64,000 nucleotides of DNA, from contig CBDCSV010000005.1 in assembly GCA_965221855.1 (NCBI GenBank), positions 355,577 through 419,576 on the forward strand. The letters run 5' to 3'. Under the pieces are notes generated by a model. It worked only from the letters and a program-made list of their open reading frames with translations. It was not told the origin of the DNA and ran no database searches. This stretch comes from Rhodospirillales bacterium (GTDB taxonomy: Bacteria; Pseudomonadota; Alphaproteobacteria; Rhodospirillales; UBA2165). Positions 49,321-58,216 of this stretch are shown one piece after another. The position numbers and the translations under genes are program-made. Every line of letters starts with the position of its first letter. The stretch's first letter is position 1.

Positions 49321-49369
49321 CAAGGCTCGATGGCGGCCCCGGAAAAATTTTTCGGGGCTGCCGGCCTTG
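49321..49369 (+). terminator. Intercistronic stem-loop between the SBP and permease genes
   Basis: CAAGGC..GGCGGCCCCGGAAA / TTTTCGGGGCTGCC..GCCTTG long imperfect stem. Confidence 0.65.
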
Positions 49370-49384
49370 GGGTAGTATTCGGCC

Positions 49385-50326
49385 ATGTTTACCTACATCG
49401 TCCGTCGTTGCTTCGCTGCCATTCCGGTGATGATCGTGGTGGGGGTGTTCGTCTTCCTCCTCATCCACCTGACGCCGGGCGATCCCGCCGATATCCTCGC
49501 CGATGAAGATGCGACCCCGGGGGAAATCCAGCAGCTCCGGGAGTCGCTGGGGCTCGACAAGCCGCTGCACACCCAGTTCCTGATCTGGTCCGGGAACATC
49601 GCGACGGGCGACCTCGGAACCTCCCTGCTGGTCAGCAAGCCGGTCACCACCTTGATGGCCCAGCGCATCGAGCCGACCATATTCCTGGCCATCACCACGC
49701 TGACGTTCGCCGTCTTTCTCGGGGTTCCCCTCGGCGTCATGGCGGCCTGGAAGCAGGGCACGTGGTGGGACCACTCCATAATGATCTTCGCCGTCCTGGG
49801 GTTCTCCGTGCCCGGATTCTGGCTCGGCTTCATGTTCGTCTCGAAATTCGCCGTCGATTGGACCATCCTCCCGGCCCAGGGGTTCGTCAGCATCCGGGAG
49901 GGATTCGGCACCTTCCTCCACCATATGATCCTGCCCACCATCACCCTGGGTTCGTCCTACATGGCGCTGATCACCCGGATTACCCGCGCCACGGTGGTCG
50001 AGGTCCTGAAGGAGGACTACATCCGCACCGCCTACGCGAAAGGCCTGCCGCCCATGAAGGTGCTGTTCCGGCACGCCCTCCAGAATTCCTCCATCCCCAT
50101 CGTCACGGTCATCGGCATCGGGTTCGCGCTCTTGATCAACGGCGTGGTGGTCATCGAGACCGTGTTCAACATCCCGGGGATGGGCAATCTCACCATCGAG
50201 GCGGTTCTCGACCGCGACTATCCGGTCGTCCAGGGCGTCATCCTGGTTTTCTCGGGCATCTACGTGCTGGTCAATCTGGTGGTGGATTTGAGCTATTCGC
50301 TGTTCGATCCCCGGGTGAGGCACTAG
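49385..50326 (+). CDS. ABC transporter permease (OppB/DppB-like)
   Basis: PGDPA, GDLGTS, EDYIRTAYAKGL EAA loop, FNIPGMG, RDYPVVQG. Confidence 0.93.
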   Translation: MFTYIVRRCFAAIPVMIVVGVFVFLLIHLTPGDPADILADEDATPGEIQQLRESLGLDKPLHTQFLIWSGNIATGDLGTSLLVSKPVTTLMAQRIEPTIFLAITTLTFAVFLGVPLGVMAAWKQGTWWDHSIMIFAVLGFSVPGFWLGFMFVSKFAVDWTILPAQGFVSIREGFGTFLHHMILPTITLGSSYMALITRITRATVVEVLKEDYIRTAYAKGLPPMKVLFRHALQNSSIPIVTVIGIGFALLINGVVVIETVFNIPGMGNLTIEAVLDRDYPVVQGVILVFSGIYVLVNLVVDLSYSLFDPRVRH

Positions 50327-50329
50327 GCC

Positions 50330-51223
50330 ATGTCGACAGCCGCCGCCAATGACATGGAGTTCGGAGCCGCCGAGGCGCTGCCCCCGCACCGGCGCATCTT
50401 CGAGTTCGTCCGCCGCAATCCGAACCTGTCGCTGGGCCTGCTCATGGTGTCGGTGATCATTTTCGTCGCCGTCTTCGCGCCCTGGATCGCGGCCAGGGAC
50501 CCGGCCGAACTGAACGTGGTCACGGGCCGCCTCAAGCCGCCCTCGGCGGAGTACTGGTTCGGCTCCGACAGGTTCGGCCGGGACGTGTTCGCGCGCGCCA
50601 TATTCGGCGGCCGCATTTCCCTGACCGTCGGCATAACCGTCGCGCTGCTGGCCGTGTTCATCGGGCTGATGGTCGGGCTGTTGAGCGGCTACGTCCGCCG
50701 GATCGACGCCTGGCTCATGCGGATCATGGACGGACTGATGGCCATCCCCGGACTGCTGCTGGCCATCGGCTTCATCGCCCTGCTGCCGGCCGGCATCGAG
50801 ACCGTGATCATCGCGCTGACCATACCCGAGATTCCCCGGGTCGCCCGGCTGGTGCGGGGCGTCGTCGTCGTCACCCGCGAGATCACCTATGTCGAGGCGG
50901 CGGTGGCCGCGGGCGCCGGGACGGCGCGGGTGATCTTCAAGCACATCATGCCCAACACCTTCGCGCCGCTCATCGTGCAGGCGACCTTCGTCTGCGCGTC
51001 GGCCATGCTGTCGGAGGCCGCGCTGAGCTTCCTCGGCGCGGGAACGCCACCTGAGATTCCCAGTTGGGGCACCATGATGGCGGACGGCCGCTCCTATCTC
51101 AGCAGCGCGACGTGGATCATCCTGTTTCCCGGCCTGTTCCTGGCGGCGACGGTGCTCTCGGTCAATTTGATCGGCGACGGTCTCCGCGACCTCCTCGATC
51201 CGCGCTTCGCCAAGGAGGTGTGA
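50330..51223 (+). CDS. ABC transporter permease (OppC/DppC-like)
   Basis: [44 protein letters not shown]. Confidence 0.93.
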   Translation: MSTAAANDMEFGAAEALPPHRRIFEFVRRNPNLSLGLLMVSVIIFVAVFAPWIAARDPAELNVVTGRLKPPSAEYWFGSDRFGRDVFARAIFGGRISLTVGITVALLAVFIGLMVGLLSGYVRRIDAWLMRIMDGLMAIPGLLLAIGFIALLPAGIETVIIALTIPEIPRVARLVRGVVVVTREITYVEAAVAAGAGTARVIFKHIMPNTFAPLIVQATFVCASAMLSEAALSFLGAGTPPEIPSWGTMMADGRSYLSSATWIILFPGLFLAATVLSVNLIGDGLRDLLDPRFAKEV

Positions 51224-52275
51224 TGCCGGCCCCCGGAGCAGCCGACGCAATTCCCCCCGGCGGTGCGTCCCAAGGGCCCGTGCTCGAGGTCGAGGACCTG
51301 CGCACCCACTTCTTCACCCTGGACGGCGTCGTCAAGGCCGTCGACGGCGTCTCGTTCTCGGTTGAGGACGGCGAGACCCTCGGCATCGTCGGCGAATCCG
51401 GCTGCGGCAAGAGCATTACGGCCATGTCGATCCTGAGGCTCATCGCCAGCCCGCCGGGCCGCATCGTCGGCGGCGCCATCCGCTTTCAGGGGACCAACCT
51501 GCTCGAACTGGACGACGCCGGGATGCAGCGCATCCGCGGCAACCAGATCTCGATGATCTTCCAGGAGCCCATGACCTCGCTGAACCCGGTGCTGACCGTC
51601 GGCAGGCAGATCAGCGAATCCCTCATGCTGCACCGGGGCCTCTCCAAGCGCGCGGCCAGGAGCGAAGCGGTGGAAATGCTCAAGCTGGTCAACATTCCGG
51701 TGCCGGAGGCGAGGGTGGACGAATACCCCCATCAACTGTCCGGCGGCATGCGCCAGCGGGTGATGATCGCCATGGCGCTGGCCTGCGATCCCAAGGTGCT
51801 GATCGCCGACGAGCCGACCACCGCCCTCGACGTCACCATCCAGGCCCAGATACTGGACCTCATGGCGGAGATTCAGGAGAAGCTCGGCACGGCGGTGATG
51901 CTGATCACCCACGATCTGGGCGTCGTCGCCGAAAACGCCGACCGGGTGGTGGTCATGTATGCCGGCAAGAAGGTCGAGGAGGCGGACGTCGGCGAGCTGT
52001 TCGCGTCGCCGGCCCATCCTTACACCAAGGGCCTGCTGGGCTCGGTGCCGAGGCTCGATACGTGGGAGACGGCGGATTACCGGCCCGGACGCCTGAACGA
52101 GATCAAGGGCATCGTTCCGTCCCTCGACCGGTTGCCGCCCGGCTGCGCCTATGCGCCCCGCTGCCCGTTCGCCGACGAGAAGTGCCGCGAGGCCTACCCG
52201 CCGCTGGAGGAGAAGCGCCCCGGGCACTGGGCGGCCTGCTGGCACACCGACAGGCTCGGCGAGGCGGCGGCATGA
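51223..52275 (+). CDS. ABC transporter ATPase (OppD/DppD-like)
   Basis: [37 protein letters not shown]. Confidence 0.94.
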   Translation: MPAPGAADAIPPGGASQGPVLEVEDLRTHFFTLDGVVKAVDGVSFSVEDGETLGIVGESGCGKSITAMSILRLIASPPGRIVGGAIRFQGTNLLELDDAGMQRIRGNQISMIFQEPMTSLNPVLTVGRQISESLMLHRGLSKRAARSEAVEMLKLVNIPVPEARVDEYPHQLSGGMRQRVMIAMALACDPKVLIADEPTTALDVTIQAQILDLMAEIQEKLGTAVMLITHDLGVVAENADRVVVMYAGKKVEEADVGELFASPAHPYTKGLLGSVPRLDTWETADYRPGRLNEIKGIVPSLDRLPPGCAYAPRCPFADEKCREAYPPLEEKRPGHWAACWHTDRLGEAAA

Positions 52276-52344
52276 CCGGGGCGGCGGCCGGCGGCCCCGG
52301 CCAATCTGCGATATGGCGCCGAGTTTGGCGACGCAACGACATGA
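52272..52344 (+). pseudogene. Deletion junction: start of a second ABC ATPase joined to the probable soeA tail
   Basis: ATGA-coupled ATG at 52272 (MTGAAAGGP); a second frame reads NLRYGAEFGDATT* with its TGA overlapping the soeB ATG. Confidence 0.5.
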
Positions 52345-53099
52345 CAACGCTTCCGCCGGCAACCGGCAAGAAGTTGGGGCTGGTCATAGATCTCGATATT
52401 TGCGTCGGGTGTCACGCCTGCGCCGTAAGCTGCAAGGAATGGAATACCGGCGGATACTCGGCGCCGCTTTCCGATATGGACGCCTATGGCAACGACCCCC
52501 ACGGTCTATGGTTGAACCGGATTCACGGCTTTGAAGCCGGTGACGGAACCGGTGGCCGGACAGTCCATTTTCCACGCTCCTGTCTGCACTGTGAGGAACC
52601 GGACTGCGTAACGGTCTGCCCGACAGGGGCCTCGTACAAGCGGTCCGAAGACGGAATCGTGCTGGTCAATCCCGACACCTGCATCGGCTGTAAACTCTGT
52701 TCGTGGGCCTGCCCCTATGGCGCCCGGGAATACGATCAGAGCCACGGCGTCATGAAAAAGTGCACCCTCTGCGTGGATCGCATTTACAATGACAACCTGC
52801 CGGAATCCGATCGAGTGCCGGCCTGCGTAAAGGCCTGCCCGACCGGCGCGAGGCATTTCGGTGATTTGGGCGATCCGGACAGCGACGTTTCAAAAGTCGT
52901 CAAGGAGCGCGAAGGATACGACCTGCTGCCCGAGTTTGGGTACAGACCGGTCAACAAATATCTGCCGCCGCGAATGAGGGAAGTCGACCGTTCCCATGCA
53001 AAACCCGCCGGAGAGAAGCCGGCGCAAATCGATGCCGTCCATGCCCCTACGGCCGTCGAGAAGTTTTTCGGGTGGGCCGACCGAATGTTGTCCGATTGA
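52341..53099 (+). CDS. soeB: 4x[4Fe-4S] subunit of sulfite dehydrogenase SoeABC (DmsB-type)
   Basis: LGLVIDLDICVGCHACAVSCKEWN, CLHCEEPDCVTVCP, CIGCKLCSWACP, KCTLC...CVKACP. Confidence 0.85.
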   Translation: MTTLPPATGKKLGLVIDLDICVGCHACAVSCKEWNTGGYSAPLSDMDAYGNDPHGLWLNRIHGFEAGDGTGGRTVHFPRSCLHCEEPDCVTVCPTGASYKRSEDGIVLVNPDTCIGCKLCSWACPYGAREYDQSHGVMKKCTLCVDRIYNDNLPESDRVPACVKACPTGARHFGDLGDPDSDVSKVVKEREGYDLLPEFGYRPVNKYLPPRMREVDRSHAKPAGEKPAQIDAVHAPTAVEKFFGWADRMLSD

Positions 53100-53113
53100 G
53101 GGACGCGCCGACA

Positions 53114-54061
53114 ATGCATCCGGCATATTCCGTCATTTTTTTCACCGCCTCCTCAGGGGCCGGATACGGACTGTTGTTTTTGCTGGCGATTTTAGGGGCG
53201 CTTGGTCTGCTTCCCGCCGAGCGCTGGTTTGGACTTGCGGGCTTTGCGATTGCCCTCGGGCTGATCTCCGGCGGCCTCGTTTCCTCGACTTTTCACCTCG
53301 GTCATCCGGAGCGCTCCTGGCGCGCCTTCTCTCAATGGCGGTCCTCGTGGCTCTCCCGGGAGGGGGTGCTCGCCGTTTTCACTTACCTGCCGTCAGGCCT
53401 GCTCGCGATCGGATGGGTATATTTTGAGACGACCTCTTCGGTGTGGAACCTTATGGCTTGGCTGACGGCGCTCTCCTCTGTCGCGACGGTCTATAGCACG
53501 GCGATGATCTATGCATCCCTGAAGACCATTCCACAGTGGCACAATGGTCTCGTGCCGCCCGTATTCTTGATCCTCGCTCTGGCGACCGGCGCGGTTCTCC
53601 TCAACTTCCTAATGTTGGTTTTCGGTATTTGGCAGGCGTGGGCCGCCGTGATCGCCATTGCGGCGCTGCTTGCCGCGCTGGCATTGAAACTAAGGTATTG
53701 GGCGTTCCTCAACACAAGATCGCGCGAGTACACGGTCGAGTCGGCCACCGGCCTGAAACAGTTCGGCAAAGTCCGGCCTCTCGACGCGCCCCACACAGCA
53801 CCCAATTACCTCAACAAGGAAATGGGATACGCCATTGCGCGAAGACACTCTGAACGGCTGAGGCGGTACGTGCTCACCCTTTGCTTTGTCGCTCTGGCCC
53901 TTCTGCTGGCCCTGAATCTTGTGCTTCCGGGAATGTTCGGCCTGTTCCCGGCGGGCGCCGCCGTCATCGCCAGCGCCACCGGTGTCGTCATCGAACGCTG
54001 GCTCCTGTTTGCCGACGCCGAACATGTCGTCAATTTATACTATGGCCGGGAGGCCATCTAG
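53114..54061 (+). CDS. soeC: Membrane anchor of SoeABC (DmsC-type)
   Basis: MHPAYSVIFFT, HLGHPERSWRAFSQWRSSWLSREG, ERWLLFADAEHVV. Confidence 0.85.
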   Translation: MHPAYSVIFFTASSGAGYGLLFLLAILGALGLLPAERWFGLAGFAIALGLISGGLVSSTFHLGHPERSWRAFSQWRSSWLSREGVLAVFTYLPSGLLAIGWVYFETTSSVWNLMAWLTALSSVATVYSTAMIYASLKTIPQWHNGLVPPVFLILALATGAVLLNFLMLVFGIWQAWAAVIAIAALLAALALKLRYWAFLNTRSREYTVESATGLKQFGKVRPLDAPHTAPNYLNKEMGYAIARRHSERLRRYVLTLCFVALALLLALNLVLPGMFGLFPAGAAVIASATGVVIERWLLFADAEHVVNLYYGREAI

Positions 54062-55116
54062 AGCATTTTCTGATCACACCCGGTCATAGCCTGCGGCAGT
54101 GAAGTAGTTTTGGCACTCGGATTGGGTGACTGTGTCGATGGCGGTTGCGATGGCGTCGTAGAGGTCGTCGACGGTTCTGGCTGCGGTCTTTTTGAGGAGG
54201 GCCTTGAGCTTTGCGAAGGCCATCTCGATTGGGTTGAAGTCGGGTGAGTAGGGCGGCAGGAAGCGGAGCTCGGCGCCGGCGTCTTCGATGGCCTTACGCA
54301 CGCTGGCGGGCTTATGGGCTGGCAGATTGTCCATAATGACGATGTCTCCGGGTTTGAGGGTTGGGACCAGGATTTGCTCGACATAGGCAAGGAAGGCTGC
54401 CCCGGTCATCGCCCCATCGATGGTCATGGGGGCGAGGATGCCGTCGAGCGTGAGAGCAGCGACCAAAGTGGTGGTCTTCCAGTGGCCGTGAGGGATGGCG
54501 GCTTGGCAGCGCTGCCCGCGCGGCGCGCGGCCATAGCGCCGGGCCATCTTGGTCGATGTGCCGGTCTCGTCGATGAAGACCAGCCGCTCCGGCATCAGGC
54601 CGGGCTGCGCCTCGGCCCAGGCCTGCCGGCGCGCCAAGACATCAGGACGTTGCTGCTCGCTGGCGTGCGCGGTTTTTTTTGAAGGTCATGCCGTGGCGGT
54701 CGAGCAGCCGCCAGACCGTGCTCGGGGCAACCCGAAGCCCGTGCACCTCCTCCAGACAGGCTGCGATCTCGGCCAGGGTGATGTCCGGTGTCTCCGTGAC
54801 AAGCGCCAGAACCTCCTCGGCATACGCTTCAAGGCGGTGAGAGCGGCGGTCCCCGCCTTGCGGCCGGGGCCGCACATCACCCCGCTGCCGCCACTGATCA
54901 ACCCATTTGATCGCCGTCGAGGCCGCAACCCCAAAAACCTTCGCCGCAGACCGACGCGACATCCCGCCGTCCACCGCCGCAACCAACCGATGTCGTAGAT
55001 CATTCGAAAGTGGTCTCGTCATGCAGGCTGGCCTCCTTCACCAGCCCACATCTTGAATCAGAAATCAGAGACTTTGGGAATCCCTAACGATTCCGTCAGA
55101 TCAGAAAACTCTCTAG
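54058..55116 (-). mobile_element. Second IS630-family element (transposase 54074-55022, -1 frameshift)
   Basis: IR CTAGAGCATTTTCTGATC / CTAGAGAGTTTTCTGATC; orfA ends TFKKN at an A8 run; orf[22 protein letters not shown]. Confidence 0.93.
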
Positions 55117-55225
55117 CTTATGCGGCCCGACGGCCGCGCAAGTTCGTCGGGGATCATAAGGCCTGGCTGCTGGAGCGGATTGAATCCCCGTTCACATTGA
55201 GCGGCCTGATCTCCGAACTCGCCGT
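55117..55225 (+). mobile_element. Short IS630 orfA fragment
   Basis: RPRKFVGDHKAWLLERIESPFTLSGLISELA resembles KPRAIRGTHERWLRDRV..DFTLHGLVGELA of the relic at 28972. Confidence 0.6.
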
Positions 55226-55271
55226 TTCCGGGAAGCGCGGAGCCGCTTGCTCCGGCGCCGGTTTGGCGCGT

Positions 55272-56213
55272 TCAGCCCCGAGCGGTCTTGTTCGCCAGGG
55301 ACGCGAAGGCGCCAAGGCAGCGCCGCGCGACCGGGCGGTGGCGGCCATAGCCGGTGAGCCTGACGGCAAGGGACCGTTCGAACCCGACGAACCCGTCCCG
55401 GACCGCGACCAGCGAACCCAGGTCGACGAAGCGGCCGACGAAGTTCCGCCAGCCGAGCGCCAGCCCCTGTCCCGCGACGGCGGCGTCGATCATGTAGACA
55501 TAGTCGTCGAAGTTGCGGTAGCGGGGCGGCGGGTTCGGTCGTCCGGCGGCCTCGAACCAGTCGTCCCAGGTGGCCCAGCCGAGGCTCGGCCGCGCGAATT
55601 CGAGAAACGGCAGCGCGCCCCACTGCGTGACAGGTTGGCGCAGGGTGTCCGCATGGGCCTCGGCAAAGCCCGGCGAGCACACCGGCGCGATCGCTTCGGG
55701 GAAGACCACCACCTCGTCGTCGGGCACGCCGTCGGTGGCGTGGTAGCTCGCGACCAGGTCGATCCTGTCGGTCTCCATCACGTTCGGGCGCTCCAGATGG
55801 CTGTTCTCGCAATGCAGGAGGCGGATGACGGCGGTCTTGCCCAACCCGCGCTGCACATCCCCGAGCCGCGGTCTCAGGAACAGTTCCGAGGTGGCGCCGC
55901 CGCAGGCGATGACGACCCGCTCGTCCTCCGGGAGGTCCGACGCCGCAAGCGCGCCCGCGGCGATGCGCTCCAGCCCGACGGCGACGGCGCGGTGGAAGAC
56001 CACCCCCGCCGGCGTGAGGGTCACGGCGCGGCGGTCGCGCTCGAACAGGCGGACCCCGAGGTCGCGCTCCAGTTCCGCGACATAGCGGCTGACCGAGGGC
56101 TGGTGGATGCCCAGTTCCTCGGCGGCGCGGACGAAGCTCCCATGGCGCGCGGCGGCGTCGAACGCTCTCAGCGCGCGCATTCGGGGCAGTGGTCCGGTGG
56201 AAAGATTAAGCAT
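55272..56213 (-). CDS. LysR-family regulator (GcvA-like)
   Basis: LRAFDAAARHGSFVRAAEELGIHQPSVSRYVAELERDLGVRLFER; AAVAGQGLAL. Confidence 0.93.
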   Translation of the reverse strand: MLNLSTGPLPRMRALRAFDAAARHGSFVRAAEELGIHQPSVSRYVAELERDLGVRLFERDRRAVTLTPAGVVFHRAVAVGLERIAAGALAASDLPEDERVVIACGGATSELFLRPRLGDVQRGLGKTAVIRLLHCENSHLERPNVMETDRIDLVASYHATDGVPDDEVVVFPEAIAPVCSPGFAEAHADTLRQPVTQWGALPFLEFARPSLGWATWDDWFEAAGRPNPPPRYRNFDDYVYMIDAAVAGQGLALGWRNFVGRFVDLGSLVAVRDGFVGFERSLAVRLTGYGRHRPVARRCLGAFASLANKTARG

Positions 56214-56351
56214 AGCAGTCTTGTTATCGATTTACCGACGATTTTGTATTTCACAGGCGCGACGCCCTTTGTCAACCTGTACGTGTTTCGGATCGGCACG
56301 CAGCGGCTGGCGCCGCGCGGCGGAACCGGGAGGGAAAGGAGGGTTTCGGAA

Positions 56352-56420
56352 GTGGATTCAGTCCCGGTGGCACGGAACCTGTCGGAGGCCGCACCGGATA
56401 CCGTGCCGGCTTTTTTTTGA
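56352..56420 (+). other. 22-codon uORF with strong SD, ending in a T8 tract upstream of tpsB
   Basis: AAAGGAGG at 56335-56342; GTG 56352; MDSVPVARNLSEAAPDTVPAFF*; T8 at 56411-56418 preceded by a GC hairpin. Confidence 0.45.
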
Positions 56421-56436
56421 ATACGGAGAGCATATT

Positions 56437-58176
56437 TTGAAGTTGCCTATTGGTATTTCCAACCCCATCGATCTCCCGGCTTGTTGCCTTCGGCGGGCGG
56501 CGCTTTTCGCCTGCGCGTTTTCGATGGTTGCCGGAGCGGCTCTCGCTCAGTCGTCTCGCCTCGACATTCCGCCGAGGGCGGAGCCCGGGCAGATCGAGCG
56601 GTACCTGCAGGAGCCGGCCGCGCCGCGAATTCCCCGCAAGGGCCCGGACTTCAACGGCGACTTCCGCGTGCCGCCGGACGAGGCCGAAGAGATGAGCCTG
56701 GTGCTTGGCAGCGTGGTCGTCGAGGGCTCGACGGTGTATTCGGACGAGGAACTGGCGTCCTTGTACCAAGACCGGCTCGGACAGAAAATCGCGCTCGCCG
56801 AGGTGTTCGCGATCGCCGACGCGATCACGGCCAGATACCGCAATGACGGCTATATTCTGTCGCGCGCCATACTGCCGCCGCAGACGATCGAGGACGGCGC
56901 GGTCACGATCCGGATCGTCGAGGGCTACATCAACGAAGTCCGGATCGAAGGCGAGGTGCGTGGAGACCGGGCGCTGCTCAATGCCTACGCCGCGAAAATC
57001 ATGCGTTCGCGGCCGCTTTCCATCGCGCATCTGGAGCGCTATCTGCTGCTTATCGACGATCTGCCCGGAATCTCGTCGGAGGCGGTTCTGAACCCGGCGG
57101 AGGACACGCCGGGCGCCGCGGACCTGGTCGTTCTCGTGGAGGAAGATGCGACGGACGGCTTTGTCCGCCTCGACAATCGCGGCACCAAGTTCAACGGTCC
57201 CGTCCGGCTCTGGCTCGGAGCCGGCCTGAACTACTTGGCCGGCGCCCACGATAGAACGGCGGCGAGATTCGTGACCGCGGACCGGAGCAGGCGGGAACTG
57301 ACCTATCTCGAGATCGGCCACGAGAGCCAGATCGGCACCGAAGGCAACAAGCTGCAACTGCAATTCGCCCATACGAATTCCGAGCCCGGCCATACGCTCC
57401 GGACCCTGGAAATCGAAAGCGGGTCCCGGTCCTTCAGAACCGGCTTCGTGAGCCCGGTGATCCGCTCGCGGGCGGAGAACCTGTCGCTGCATGCCGGCTT
57501 CGCGATTCGCAACAGCGAGACGACGATTTTCGACAACCGGCTTTCGAGGGACCGGGTCCGGTTCGTCAGCCTGGGCGCGTTCTGGGACAACACGGACGGT
57601 TCCGGCGGCGTCAACATGTTCGGACTGCACCTCGACCGGGGGTTGAGCATACTGGGCGCATCGGGGAAAGGCTCGAAGGACCTGTCGCGCGAGAAGGGGC
57701 GCGCGGACTTCACCAGGCTCCGGCTGAACGCGTCGCGCCTGCAGCGGCTCGGCGACCGCTGGTCGCTGCTCGCCGATTTCCGATCCCAGCTCGCCGCATC
57801 CAAGCTGCTGGCGTCGGAGGAATTCGGTCTTGGGGGCGAAGGCTGCGGCCGGGCCTACGACCCCGCGCAGGTGGCGGGCGATAGCGGAGGCTGCCTGCTG
57901 GCGGAAGTGCGCTATGGGCACAGTTCCGGCGCCGGGGCTCTGCAGGGTTATCAGATATACGGGTTCTACGACGTCGGCCGCGTCTGGCGCAAGAATCCCG
58001 GCGCGCTCGAGAAGAAGGCGGACCTGTCTTCGGCCGGGCTCGGCGTGCGCTTCAACTTCACCGATTGGCTGTCGGGATCTTTCGAGACCGCATGGCCGCT
58101 CGTCAGGAAAGCCGATTCACATAGGATAGATACCAACTCGCCGCGTGGCTTCGTCACCGTAACTGCACGTTTCTGA
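56437..58176 (+). CDS. Two-partner secretion transporter TpsB (ShlB/FhaC/HecB family)
   Basis: Signal peptide ending AALA; POTRA (ITARYRNDGYILSRA.LPPQ); DNRG; terminal FVTVTARF; start uncertain (TTG 56437). Confidence 0.92.
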   Translation: MKLPIGISNPIDLPACCLRRAALFACAFSMVAGAALAQSSRLDIPPRAEPGQIERYLQEPAAPRIPRKGPDFNGDFRVPPDEAEEMSLVLGSVVVEGSTVYSDEELASLYQDRLGQKIALAEVFAIADAITARYRNDGYILSRAILPPQTIEDGAVTIRIVEGYINEVRIEGEVRGDRALLNAYAAKIMRSRPLSIAHLERYLLLIDDLPGISSEAVLNPAEDTPGAADLVVLVEEDATDGFVRLDNRGTKFNGPVRLWLGAGLNYLAGAHDRTAARFVTADRSRRELTYLEIGHESQIGTEGNKLQLQFAHTNSEPGHTLRTLEIESGSRSFRTGFVSPVIRSRAENLSLHAGFAIRNSETTIFDNRLSRDRVRFVSLGAFWDNTDGSGGVNMFGLHLDRGLSILGASGKGSKDLSREKGRADFTRLRLNASRLQRLGDRWSLLADFRSQLAASKLLASEEFGLGGEGCGRAYDPAQVAGDSGGCLLAEVRYGHSSGAGALQGYQIYGFYDVGRVWRKNPGALEKKADLSSAGLGVRFNFTDWLSGSFETAWPLVRKADSHRIDTNSPRGFVTVTARF

Positions 58177-58216
58177 CCGCCTGATTCGCTTTTTACGGAA
58201 GGAACCGTTCCGTATC

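Noticed and set aside
39970-51250. Long antisense ORFs (39970-41793, 45969-47495, 48548-51250) and likewise 13908-15722
   Set aside because: They overlap well-supported genes on the opposite strand and have no motifs; expected at this GC content.
56366-56385. TGGCACG as a sigma-54 promoter for tpsB
   Set aside because: The -12 element reads CTGT, not TTGC.
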